64,000 nucleotides of DNA from Candidatus Heimdallarchaeota archaeon (GTDB lineage: Archaea > Asgardarchaeota > Heimdallarchaeia > Heimdallarchaeales > Heimdallarchaeaceae): contig JAUVXV010000004.1 in the NCBI GenBank assembly GCA_030603365.1, positions 280,976 to 344,975 on the forward strand, given 5' to 3'. Position 1 is the stretch's first letter, and every line of letters starts with the position of its first letter. The notes beneath the pieces were generated by a model, which was not told the origin of the DNA, ran no database searches, and saw only the letters and a list, made by a program, of their open reading frames with translations. Made by a program: the position numbers and the translations under genes. Below, in pieces: positions 50,449 to 59,907 of this stretch.

Positions 50449-51228
50449 ATGGCAAAAAGATATTATCCTATTTTCATGCTAGGTACCGCTGGTAGCGGTA
50501 AAACAGTATTAACTAGAACACTTCTTGATTGGTTTAATGAGAAGAAACTAAATGTAGCAACTCTAAATTTAGACGCTGGAGTTAGACGTTTACCTTACAA
50601 CCCCGATATTGATGTCAGAGACATTGTTAATATTGATTATTTAACAGATAAATTGGAACTTGGGCCTAATGGGGCCATGATTGCTAGCATGGATCTCATT
50701 GCTACAAAAATTGATCACATACAATCAGAAATTGAGTATATCGAACCTGAATATCTATTAATCGATACTCCTGGACAGATAGAATTGTTTGCTTATCGAA
50801 GTAGTGGCCGTTTGATTTCATCCGTTTTAGCTGAAGGAGGACAACCAGCATCTATATTTCTAATTGACCCTTCTTTAGTTCTTAGACCAGAAGGATTTTC
50901 AAGCATAGTATTATTGAGTATGTCTGTGAATTTCCAATTATCACTCCCTCAAATCACAACAATTTCTAAAGCAGATATTATAGAAAAAGAACAGATGGAA
51001 TCTCTTGAATCATGGATTGATTCACCAGAAACATTGGTCTCTTCTATTCAAAGTTATGGGCAAATAAATATGTCTCAACAGCTAGGTATTAGCATGATTG
51101 AGATTTTAGACCAGTTCAAATCTACAGGGAATCTTGTCCCTATAAGTGCAAATACGGGACATAATATCGATACTCTTATAGCTTTATTAGAAAGAGAATG
51201 GGGTCAAAGAGACGACTTCTATGAATAA
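50449..51228 (+). CDS. GPN-loop GTPase
   Basis: GTAGSGKT, LGPNGA, DTPGQIELF, SKAD. Confidence 0.95.
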   Translation: MAKRYYPIFMLGTAGSGKTVLTRTLLDWFNEKKLNVATLNLDAGVRRLPYNPDIDVRDIVNIDYLTDKLELGPNGAMIASMDLIATKIDHIQSEIEYIEPEYLLIDTPGQIELFAYRSSGRLISSVLAEGGQPASIFLIDPSLVLRPEGFSSIVLLSMSVNFQLSLPQITTISKADIIEKEQMESLESWIDSPETLVSSIQSYGQINMSQQLGISMIEILDQFKSTGNLVPISANTGHNIDTLIALLEREWGQRDDFYE

Positions 51229-51245
51229 TATTATGTTAGAATAAG

Positions 51246-52025
51246 TTATTGTCCATATCTTCTTTCTCTTCTTTGATAAGTTCTGATAGCTCTCCAGAGG
51301 TCAATCTTTCTGAATAAAGGCCAATGAACATCAGTAAAATAATATTCCGAAAATGCAGATTGCCATAAAAGAAAACCAGAAAGTCTTTCTTCACCTGAAG
51401 TTCGAATAATTAAATCAGGATCAGGAATGTTATCTGTATAAAGGTGATTACTGATAAGCTTCTCATCAACATCATCTAGGATTATTTTCTTCTCTTGTGC
51501 TTTTTTGAGAATTTCCTTTAATGCATCAACTATTTCAGCTCTTCCCCCATAAGCCATGCAGAGATTTAGATCATATTTATCATGATCTTTTGTTGCTTCT
51601 TCAGTTAATTTGATTTCTTCTTGGACCTCTTCTGGAAGCATATTGCGCCTTCCTAGTACTCTGATTCTTACCTTATTTTTGATAATTCTTTTATCATTCC
51701 TAATTTTTTGAAAGTATTTGACAGCTAAGTTCATTATACTGTCCACTTGATCTTTTGGACGTGAAAAATTTTCTGTTGAAAAAATCCAACAAGTGATTAC
51801 CTTTACTTCTAGTTCCCAGCACCAGTCTAATACTTCTTCCAACTTTTCAGCACCTAGCTGATATCCCTTTATATAATTTATACCTAGTATTTTGCTTCCT
51901 CTTCTATTCCCATCTAAAATTATACCTATATGTTCTGGGATGGGTCTATTTTTAATTTCAGAAGAAAGTTTTTTTTCATATAATTTGTAGATAAATCTTG
52001 GTGTTGTCAGTTTCATAATTGACAC
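51246..52025 (-). CDS. uppS: cis-prenyltransferase (UppS-like)
   Basis: HIGIILDGNRR, FSTENFSR, YGGRAEI, IRTSGEERLSGFLLWQ. Confidence 0.95.
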   Translation of the reverse strand: MSIMKLTTPRFIYKLYEKKLSSEIKNRPIPEHIGIILDGNRRGSKILGINYIKGYQLGAEKLEEVLDWCWELEVKVITCWIFSTENFSRPKDQVDSIMNLAVKYFQKIRNDKRIIKNKVRIRVLGRRNMLPEEVQEEIKLTEEATKDHDKYDLNLCMAYGGRAEIVDALKEILKKAQEKKIILDDVDEKLISNHLYTDNIPDPDLIIRTSGEERLSGFLLWQSAFSEYYFTDVHWPLFRKIDLWRAIRTYQRRERRYGQ

Positions 52026-52177
52026 CGGTGTCCAGTTAAACAGATGAGATAGGATATCAGTTCAAGAAATTCAGATTTTTCCTCTTTTAATTTCTTTTTA
52101 TATCAACTATTTTCAGGTTTTAGTATATTTTAGAAAAGAACTTATTTATAGATGTTTAATTGTATACTTTTTGAGAT

Positions 52178-52642
52178 ATGACAGAAAGAGTCCTGAATAT
52201 TCTAAAAAAACATGGGAAAAACATTAGTTGTATTTTTACAGGTAAACTAATTGAAACGCTTTCTGAAGACCAAATAAATAAAATTCTTAATCAAGTAAAG
52301 GAAATTGGAAGCATTCGAAAATCCGTTGCAATATTTGATCACCAACTTAAACCTGCGGAATATGGAATCTTAATTAAACTAGGTATATCTCCAATAATTG
52401 TCCCTTCTGACGAGGATATTCATATTGCACTTGAAGGGATGGATGCTGTTTTCACCCAACAAATAGATGTTTTATGTTTGGGGATTGTTGATGAGGTACT
52501 GTTGCCTCTGATAGCATCTGCAAGAGAATCCACTGAAATTCTACTAATAACAACTTCTAAAGATGCCATTCAAAACTGTTTAATTTATGCTGATTATTTG
52601 CTATCAATTGAAGATTTCCAAGATTGGATGATTTTTAGATAG
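52178..52642 (+). CDS. Degenerate NYN-domain-like protein
   Basis: DEDIHIALEGMD and final YADY resemble TIGR00288/NYN; catalytic Asp residues appear mostly lost. Confidence 0.5.
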   Translation: MTERVLNILKKHGKNISCIFTGKLIETLSEDQINKILNQVKEIGSIRKSVAIFDHQLKPAEYGILIKLGISPIIVPSDEDIHIALEGMDAVFTQQIDVLCLGIVDEVLLPLIASARESTEILLITTSKDAIQNCLIYADYLLSIEDFQDWMIFR

Positions 52643-53551
52643 CTAAATCATACCATTCTCAACTAATAACCTAAATTCGTCTAGTGAGAGATTATCTCCA
52701 GCTTGATATTTATCATAGGCTTTCTTAACATTCTTTTCTATACTGCTTTTTATCCTTTCTTTTATTTTCTTCCTGTGTTCTTGTTGAGCGCTCTTGAGTT
52801 GTTTTCTTAATTCATTCTTTTTTGTAACTTTGGATAGAAAATCTTTATGATAACCATCAGCTGCTTTTTTGTTTGTGATAAAATTCTTATGAAAGTCGTT
52901 TGCAGTTTTTCTCAAATTATTGACTTCATGAAAATGTTGATTCATTAAATTATGATAGATTTGTGATTCTTTTGCAGAATCAACAATCTGAACGTGTAAC
53001 ACATTTATTTCTTTTTGAGCTGAAGAGATTCTTTTCCACAATTCTGTTTGTTTTGTAGTTATGTGGACTTCTTCTGCTAATTTATTTGCTTGTTCTGAAA
53101 GTTTTTCTAAAATTTGTATCATTTCTTTTTCTTGTTCAGGTTTCAAAACACTTGTTTGTAACTCCCACTCTATTTTATCTATTCGTTTGCTTAAACCTAT
53201 CATAGCTCCTCTTTTCTTGCGAATACTCCCTTTGTCTATTATTTTTTCTTTTTCCACAATTTCTTCTAGTGTGTTTTTATCTTGTAGCAATTTTTCTTGA
53301 AGATTTTTACGTCCCTGTTTCTTATCCTTAACATTTTGATTTAGACCATCTCTTTTCTTCATACAGTCTTTAGCCTTATCTAGAAGCTCTTGAATCTCTT
53401 TGTTAACCTCATTTCTCTTACTCAAAACCTCTTTTGTAAGTAGGTTATGTTCATTCCTATTGCTTCTAAGTTTTTTAATGTCTTCTTCGAGTTTTCCCAA
53501 AGTAACAACTAAATCTACAGTTGCATCTTTGTCTTCAATTGCATTGCTCAT
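52643..53551 (-). CDS. Archaeal long coiled-coil protein (COG1340-like), paralog 2
   Basis: IEWELQTSVL..EQEKE; C-terminal GDNLSLDEFRLLVENGMI. Confidence 0.8.
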   Translation of the reverse strand: MSNAIEDKDATVDLVVTLGKLEEDIKKLRSNRNEHNLLTKEVLSKRNEVNKEIQELLDKAKDCMKKRDGLNQNVKDKKQGRKNLQEKLLQDKNTLEEIVEKEKIIDKGSIRKKRGAMIGLSKRIDKIEWELQTSVLKPEQEKEMIQILEKLSEQANKLAEEVHITTKQTELWKRISSAQKEINVLHVQIVDSAKESQIYHNLMNQHFHEVNNLRKTANDFHKNFITNKKAADGYHKDFLSKVTKKNELRKQLKSAQQEHRKKIKERIKSSIEKNVKKAYDKYQAGDNLSLDEFRLLVENGMI

Positions 53552-53688
53552 TTATTCAGCTCAAACTTTGAAATGATATAGTTTTTATTTATTTTTCGTA
53601 TTATGACATTATCTTAGTGTTTGGGTTTTACTATATACTTACATAGTACTAAAGGAATGGAAAATATTTTTAGAAAAAGAGAATTACC

Positions 53689-54078
53689 TTAATTTAGTTG
53701 TCGCTCTACTTCTTGAGCTGCTCGAGCCATATCAAGAAAGACTAAACCAAGTTTTGCTTCCTTTCTTGCTGAAACTGTTAACACTGCGTTCTGACCTGCA
53801 GCTGTTGTTATAATATACCCGTAAGCACCTTCAATGAAGATTTTTTCCAATTCTCCCCTTTGCATCTCTTGTGCTACTCTCTCACCCAAAGATAACATAG
53901 CAGCTGTCATAGCAGCTAATCTGGCTTCCTCAATTTCTTGAGGTAGAACTGATGCTATTGGTAATCCTTCGATTGATACAATTGCAGCACTCTCAATTTC
54001 AGGTACTTTAATCTTCAAATCACTAAGAGTTGTTTTCAACTCATTTGTTTTATTCTCGAATGTTAAACCAAAAGCCAT
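53689..54078 (-). CDS. Roadblock/LC7 (MglB-like) protein
   Basis: Start MAFGLTF at 54078; AIVSIEGLPIAS, AAMTAAMLSLGER, KLGLVFLDM. Confidence 0.93.
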   Translation of the reverse strand: MAFGLTFENKTNELKTTLSDLKIKVPEIESAAIVSIEGLPIASVLPQEIEEARLAAMTAAMLSLGERVAQEMQRGELEKIFIEGAYGYIITTAAGQNAVLTVSARKEAKLGLVFLDMARAAQEVERQLN

Positions 54079-54190
54079 CTGGATTACCTTCGTTATAATA
54101 GCCCTATTTAATATTATAAATACAGCTATTGCTTGTTCTTTTTTCTCAACATTACTTTTAAACTTATTTGGTGGGGCAACAAAATTTATT

Positions 54191-55396
54191 CTACTGCATC
54201 TCTTCTTCGTTATTTCTCTGGTTTTGAATATGTTGTTGAATCTCTTTTTCAGTAGGTAAAATTGTAATAAGTTCACCATTTTCAATAAATTTCTCAAGCA
54301 TTTTAGTCATTTCAAACTTACATGATGGACAAAGAATTTTTTCTTCTTCAAATTGTGCACATAAATAAATGTCACAGCTCTCACAGTAACCCACTTGTTT
54401 TCTTCCAGCAAATTTTCCTCGTTTTGCAATAGCTTTTCCCTCAATATTAACTATGTCAAATGCAAAATCTATGGTTGGGCTATTTGCAACATAGGTCCCA
54501 ATTCCGAACCCGTCGACTATATCTCGAAATTCAAGAATTGAAGATTCTGTTAATCCTCCACTGAGAAAAATCTTAATATCTTCCCTTTCTCTTAATTTTA
54601 ATTCCCATTTAATTTCCTGAATTATCTCTCGCATATTTCCTTTCCTTGATCCCGGTGTATCTAATCTTACTCCACTAAGTTTTTCTCCAATTGCTTCAAG
54701 TGCATCTAAGACTTCAACTCTTTCATCGTTAAATGTATCAGCTAATGCGATTCTTGTTACGGAAGGGTCTATATTTCTATCAAAGGAGATTACAGCTGCT
54801 TTGATTCCTCCTTCAATCATTATTAGAGAATGAGGAATTGTTCCAGTTGCAGACATATTCAGTTTTTCCGCACTTAGAACACATGAAATACCATCAAATC
54901 CTGCTACATAACATGCCCTATCAATTGTTGGTGCTATAGCTGGAGGCATCCTTCTATTTCCAAAAGAGAGTAATGTCTTGTCTTTTGCAGCTATTCTAAG
55001 TCTTAGTGCAGATGTGCCAACTCCTGATTGAAAACACATAAATCCCAGCATTGGAGTTTCATATATTGCGAAGTCTCTATAAACACCCTCAACAATGAGA
55101 AATGGGATTTTAACACCATTATAGTCTTTGTTTGGTAAGACTGTACCCTCTTTTATGGCATATATATTAACAGGTAATTTTGCCTCTATAAACAGATTCA
55201 GGACATCTTGTAATCCAAGAAAAACTAATTTTTTCCCATTTCTTGGAATTCCCCCTGTTGTAACTTCCGCCCAAACTTTAATTTTATCTAGTCCATCATC
55301 TTCCAAACACTGTACAGTTCTAAGAAAATAAACATCAGTTGTTTTTCCTTCAATAATCTCATCAGGTGTTGCAGTCCATTTGTGCATCTGATTCAT
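54191..55396 (-). CDS. pncB: Nicotinate phosphoribosyltransferase
   Basis: TDVYF, SFGNRR, GTIPHS, VRLDTPGSR, SGGL, FGIGT, AKRGK. Confidence 0.93.
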   Translation of the reverse strand: MNQMHKWTATPDEIIEGKTTDVYFLRTVQCLEDDGLDKIKVWAEVTTGGIPRNGKKLVFLGLQDVLNLFIEAKLPVNIYAIKEGTVLPNKDYNGVKIPFLIVEGVYRDFAIYETPMLGFMCFQSGVGTSALRLRIAAKDKTLLSFGNRRMPPAIAPTIDRACYVAGFDGISCVLSAEKLNMSATGTIPHSLIMIEGGIKAAVISFDRNIDPSVTRIALADTFNDERVEVLDALEAIGEKLSGVRLDTPGSRKGNMREIIQEIKWELKLREREDIKIFLSGGLTESSILEFRDIVDGFGIGTYVANSPTIDFAFDIVNIEGKAIAKRGKFAGRKQVGYCESCDIYLCAQFEEEKILCPSCKFEMTKMLEKFIENGELITILPTEKEIQQHIQNQRNNEEEMQ

Positions 55397-55507
55397 CTGA
55401 TTATTATGAGACTGCGTTGGATTTAAGGTTTATTTTGTTTAGGTCATTTTTGCAATAATCTTACAAAATCAAATAAATTTTCCAATATGTTATTTTTCTA
55501 ATATTCA

Positions 55508-56737
55508 TTAAAAAATGAGTTTGATAGAGCGTTTCGTGAATTCTTCTGTATGCTCTTCTACCGATTTGTTTAGGGTTTGAATTTCCTCTTCTATGTCCTT
55601 TTTTTCTCTTCTGAGAGAAAGAGTTATTCTATTTCGATCAATCTTTAGATTATCTATTTCCTGTTTGAATTTCTTCATCTTCAAGTCTAATTGCATATCT
55701 TGAAACTTGTCTTCTATTGCTTCACTTTGTTTAATAAGAAACTTAGCATTCTTTTGGTATTCTAGTAATTCGTCATTCTGAATTTCATCTATATTTTCAT
55801 AAGCTCGCTGCAATTTTTCCTTTTTCATTTGAATAGCAGGATCAGAACTAATCTCTTTTAACGCATTTAGTGTAGATTTAATCCCTCGATATCCTTCTGG
55901 TTCTTTTACAAAAGCAGTTAGTGGATCTTTAATCATGCTTTTTAGAACTTCTTTATCATAATTGTCGATTTCTATTCTTCTGTTATCTGAAGCTCTTAGA
56001 ACCTTGCTCGATAGTTTCTTTATTTCTGATAGTTTGTTAGAAATAGTAATCTCAATACGTTCCAGTTCTTTCCTATTATTCTGTAATTGAACAAAACCTG
56101 GATGGTTCTCTAATTCACTCAAGGCTTCTTGATTTTTGTCAATTTCCTTTGTTATTTTACCAATAGCATCAGCATGCGATTCAATTTCTTCGTCAAGCTC
56201 ATGATTTCGTTCAACGAGATGAGTTAATCTTTCTATGTCATCAAGTACTTTTTCATATTTTACAATCCCAGAATAAGAAATCATTGTCTTATTTTCAAAA
56301 TTTTGAACTTCTTCCTTCAATCTAGATAGTGTTCTGTCTAGACTTCTGACCTTATCTTTATATGATCTATCTCTTTTCAACCAAGCTAGATACTTAGAAA
56401 GCATGTTCATACAAGTGGTAATTTTGTTTTTCGTGCTTGTTAAAAAGTCTTCAAGATTTTTATATGTAATCTCTTCTGGTGTAGCAAATTCATCAAAAAT
56501 CTCATTTATTTGGTTATAAATTGTTGTTGCATAATTCTGATAGACATCTGGATCTTTAATATCAGAATAATCAAATCTATGCGCGGCACTTTTTACTTCT
56601 TCTATTTTATCCTTTATAGAACGTAATTGTTTTGCTGCACTATTTCTATAACTTGACATATTAGATATAACACGACTATTGAACCAGTCATAAGCTTCCT
56701 TTAAGGGTAAATCTTGAGACATTGATGAAACTACCAA
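55508..56737 (-). CDS. Coiled-coil hypothetical protein
   Basis: 409 aa, heptad-rich. Confidence 0.75.
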   Translation of the reverse strand: MVVSSMSQDLPLKEAYDWFNSRVISNMSSYRNSAAKQLRSIKDKIEEVKSAAHRFDYSDIKDPDVYQNYATTIYNQINEIFDEFATPEEITYKNLEDFLTSTKNKITTCMNMLSKYLAWLKRDRSYKDKVRSLDRTLSRLKEEVQNFENKTMISYSGIVKYEKVLDDIERLTHLVERNHELDEEIESHADAIGKITKEIDKNQEALSELENHPGFVQLQNNRKELERIEITISNKLSEIKKLSSKVLRASDNRRIEIDNYDKEVLKSMIKDPLTAFVKEPEGYRGIKSTLNALKEISSDPAIQMKKEKLQRAYENIDEIQNDELLEYQKNAKFLIKQSEAIEDKFQDMQLDLKMKKFKQEIDNLKIDRNRITLSLRREKKDIEEEIQTLNKSVEEHTEEFTKRSIKLIF

Positions 56738-56876
56738 ACCTATTTTTCATTACGATAATATAATGGTTTCTAATTTAAAGTTAATTAATTTAAATAATTT
56801 GCCGAAACGTATATTTTTCTCCAATGAAAATATCAAACAACGAAATTTAGTTAAATCAACTTAAAATTTTAAGTTA

Positions 56877-57326
56877 ATGATTTCATTTTCTTTCAAGTGC
56901 TATGGTCATCCAAATATTGCTTCAAAGCACAGATCAACAATTGAATTTACCACCGATTCTAATTTAACACCTAGAGGAGACTGTATTCTAGGTGTAAAAA
57001 CAACAACTAATCTGAAACAACTTCCAACTGAGATTAAAGATTTAATTAGGAAAAAAAACAGTAAAATAAAAGTGATAATGAAAATAGATGAATTTTTAGA
57101 AGAAATTGAAGGTGAAGGTCACGCTGAACTTTCTTTAACAGATGAAACTGCAATAATTATTAGGACAAGTAACTATGTCTGCCCCAAAACATTAGTGATA
57201 AATGCAAACAAAGCTGCAAAAGATATTTCGTCAGAAATGCGTGAATTAATGAGAAATCCATCTACTATAATGGAAATAACTATTCAAGTAGAATCTGGTA
57301 AAATTGAAACTTCTAAGCATGCATGA
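56877..57326 (+). CDS. DUF371 family protein
   Basis: GHPNI...H..TIEFT.D..LTPRGDCILGV, NKAAKD. Confidence 0.9.
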   Translation: MISFSFKCYGHPNIASKHRSTIEFTTDSNLTPRGDCILGVKTTTNLKQLPTEIKDLIRKKNSKIKVIMKIDEFLEEIEGEGHAELSLTDETAIIIRTSNYVCPKTLVINANKAAKDISSEMRELMRNPSTIMEITIQVESGKIETSKHA

Positions 57327-58354
57327 ATCTCTCGAGGAGCACTTTCTCTAATCTTTTGAAAACTTATAATTTCCTTGATAGAATATTTTTGTTCTTTTAG
57401 TTTTTTCTCAAGTATTTGTATCATCTTCTCCTCTGGATTATCATCTGGAACAAATTGATAGAAGTATAGAATACCTCCAGGTTTTATTATCTGACACGCA
57501 ACATCCAAATATTCATGAGCTTCAGAAGGTAGGTTCATTATAACCTTATCAGCTTCAAGAAGCGATTCAGTTACATTTCTGCAATCCCCATAGATAAGAG
57601 CAATACTCCCCTTAAGTTTATTCAAGTCTATTGATTTTTCTAAACAACTGAGAGCTGCTTTGTTTATATCAACTGCATAAATGATAGCATCTTTATTTTT
57701 TGCAATATGAAGAGGAAATGGTCCCACACCTGTAAACAAATCAACAATAGTTTCTTTATTTTTCACTTTATCTGCCACTCTGTTATGCTCATGTCCTAGA
57801 CGGGGACTGAAATAGGCTTTACAAACATCTGTGAAGATTTTAATTGTATGTTCAACATGTACAGTTTCACACTTTTCTTCTCCAGCAAGTAATTCTAATT
57901 TCCTTACTCTGATTTTACCTATAACAGCTGAAGCTTTACGATAGACTGTATTTATAGAAGGAAAGAGAGATAGTAATGCCTTTCCAATTGTGTCTTTATA
58001 GTCTAACATCTCATCATGGATCTCAACAACAACAATATCACCAATCATATCATATGACTTGGGTATATAGTCGTGTAATTCTGTAGGAATTTCATTTTCT
58101 AATGCTTCAAACAGATTTTTTGGAGTGTTTTCTTTCTGAATGAAATTAAATGTACTAACCTCAAATTTACTCTGATAATTTTCTAGAATTGACAAAACAT
58201 TCTCATTAGGCAAAATAATGGGGATTATTAAGTGCTCGCTGTCTCTAATAAGCTCCAAAGATAGATTTATAGCTTTATATTTACGTAATATCTTTAGAAT
58301 TGTTTCAGCAAATTTATAGGTGACTCGCACCCCAGAGGAATGTTGTTTCATCAT
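57284..58354 (-). CDS. Trm5/Met-10+-family tRNA methyltransferase
   Basis: SYDMIGDI, YFSPRL, DLFTGVGPF, VDIN, IMNLP. Confidence 0.9.
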   Translation of the reverse strand: MMKQHSSGVRVTYKFAETILKILRKYKAINLSLELIRDSEHLIIPIILPNENVLSILENYQSKFEVSTFNFIQKENTPKNLFEALENEIPTELHDYIPKSYDMIGDIVVVEIHDEMLDYKDTIGKALLSLFPSINTVYRKASAVIGKIRVRKLELLAGEEKCETVHVEHTIKIFTDVCKAYFSPRLGHEHNRVADKVKNKETIVDLFTGVGPFPLHIAKNKDAIIYAVDINKAALSCLEKSIDLNKLKGSIALIYGDCRNVTESLLEADKVIMNLPSEAHEYLDVACQIIKPGGILYFYQFVPDDNPEEKMIQILEKKLKEQKYSIKEIISFQKIRESAPREIHACLEVSILPDST

Positions 58355-58436
58355 GATTTCCCTTAAAGAAAGGTTTTAAGAGTTATTTTTATCTATTAAG
58401 GTATACTTTGCTTAAAATATATTGGTTTAGTGGGTT

Positions 58437-59375
58437 TTGAAATTGATAAAAGCAGTTCTTGTACTGAAAACTTCCGGTTCCTGTAGATACTATAGAATCT
58501 ACGATGAAACATGGGGAACAGAGGAGAAGAATGTAGAAGTGATTAGTTACATAACTGCAGTAACTTCAATTATAGGGGAATTCGGAGAAAGCTCTCCTAA
58601 ATTAATTGAGTTTGGTAATAATGAAATTGTATGTGAAACTAAAGGAGATTATATTCTTACTCTTGTTAAAGAAAAGGGTACTTATGAATCGTTAGTAGGT
58701 AGAGTCAAGAAGAATTTCAAAGATAATTTTCAACCTTTAGAAATAATAAAAGAAAGTAATCCATGGATTGAAGATGAAGAATTTCTTGTAAAAGAAAGAG
58801 AAGGAATCTACCATTTTATGAGAAATTTAAATCTAATAATCAATAGAAAAACAATTCTTTCTGGTAAGAAGATAATTAAGAAAGATGATGATGATTCATT
58901 AGAAAGACCTCTTGTCATTCAAGATGTAGATTTGCTTATTGTATTGGAAACTGGACAGCCTGTATTTTTAATGCTAACCCTTTCTTTGCCTTATGATGCT
59001 ACTCTTATCACTGCTTTTATGTCAGCTGTGTTGGATTTGGGTAAATCCATAGGGTTAGGAGAGTTGAAGACACTTGAGAGCGAAAATATAATTGTTTATG
59101 TACAAAAAATCGAGAAAGCATTTACAGTAGTTATAACACAGAAAAAAGAGCATAGGGCAGCTTATAAAAGATTTGCAAGTTTTGTAGCAGACTTGTGTAA
59201 TAATTGGTTATATAGAGAAGGAATAGAAATAGATGAAGCTTTTCAGATCTTTGAAGAAAGAAAGCATTTTGAAGAAATCCTTAAACTATTGATAGATACT
59301 GATACTTGGGAGAAACATCTTATCAAAGAATGGGAGAGAGAATATGCTGAAGAGATGAGCATAGAAAATAGTTAA
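58437..59375 (+). CDS. Tandem longin-like domain protein
   Basis: Two repeats of hydrophobic strand-(S/T)G ... (L/V)Ixx(Y/F)xxAV ... (L/P)KxIE pattern. Confidence 0.65.
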   Translation: MKLIKAVLVLKTSGSCRYYRIYDETWGTEEKNVEVISYITAVTSIIGEFGESSPKLIEFGNNEIVCETKGDYILTLVKEKGTYESLVGRVKKNFKDNFQPLEIIKESNPWIEDEEFLVKEREGIYHFMRNLNLIINRKTILSGKKIIKKDDDDSLERPLVIQDVDLLIVLETGQPVFLMLTLSLPYDATLITAFMSAVLDLGKSIGLGELKTLESENIIVYVQKIEKAFTVVITQKKEHRAAYKRFASFVADLCNNWLYREGIEIDEAFQIFEERKHFEEILKLLIDTDTWEKHLIKEWEREYAEEMSIENS

Positions 59376-59425
59376 CATTAAATATGCATTCTAGCAATTA
59401 TGTAATTGTTAGAGGGAACATACTG

Positions 59426-59840
59426 ATGGTAAAACTAAGGTTTGCTTTTCTAGTTTCATTATTATTTGTGATAAATCCAAATATAAACAGTGTTGTACAA
59501 TCTGAATTGGTTAAAAGTTCAGTTATAAAAAATCCAGAACTTAATCCAATTGTACACGCTCCTTCTTTTAATACTTCAATAGAGATCTTTAACGATAATG
59601 ATTTTCTAAATTATAGTCTAGAGGGGAACGGAACATCAATTGCACCATATGTAATTGATAATTTCAGTATTGAAACAACTAATATAACTGGTATATATAT
59701 AACAAATACAACTAAGTATTTCATAATCAGAGACGGATATGTAGAAGCTCATGAGTATGGTATAAGAATTTCCGATGTTCTAGAAAACACTTCACAAATT
59801 GTGAATGTAACATGTTTTAGCAATTATAATGGGGCAACAG
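59426..59840 (+). pseudogene. N-terminal part of a secreted right-handed beta-helix (NosD/PbH1-like) protein interrupted by the IS607 element
   Basis: Signal peptide; GNGTSIAPYVI...GIYITNTTKYFII pattern; breaks into higher-GC sequence after NYNGAT. Confidence 0.8.
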
Positions 59841-59907
59841 GAAACGCACGTTATGAAACTTGGTTAAACTTGCCAGAGGGCGTCTAACCGTCGTTTAAGT
59901 GGGCCCC

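Noticed and set aside
54079-54297. N-terminal extension of the roadblock ORF
   Set aside because: It overlaps pncB and an AT-rich promoter region; the real start is ATG 54078.
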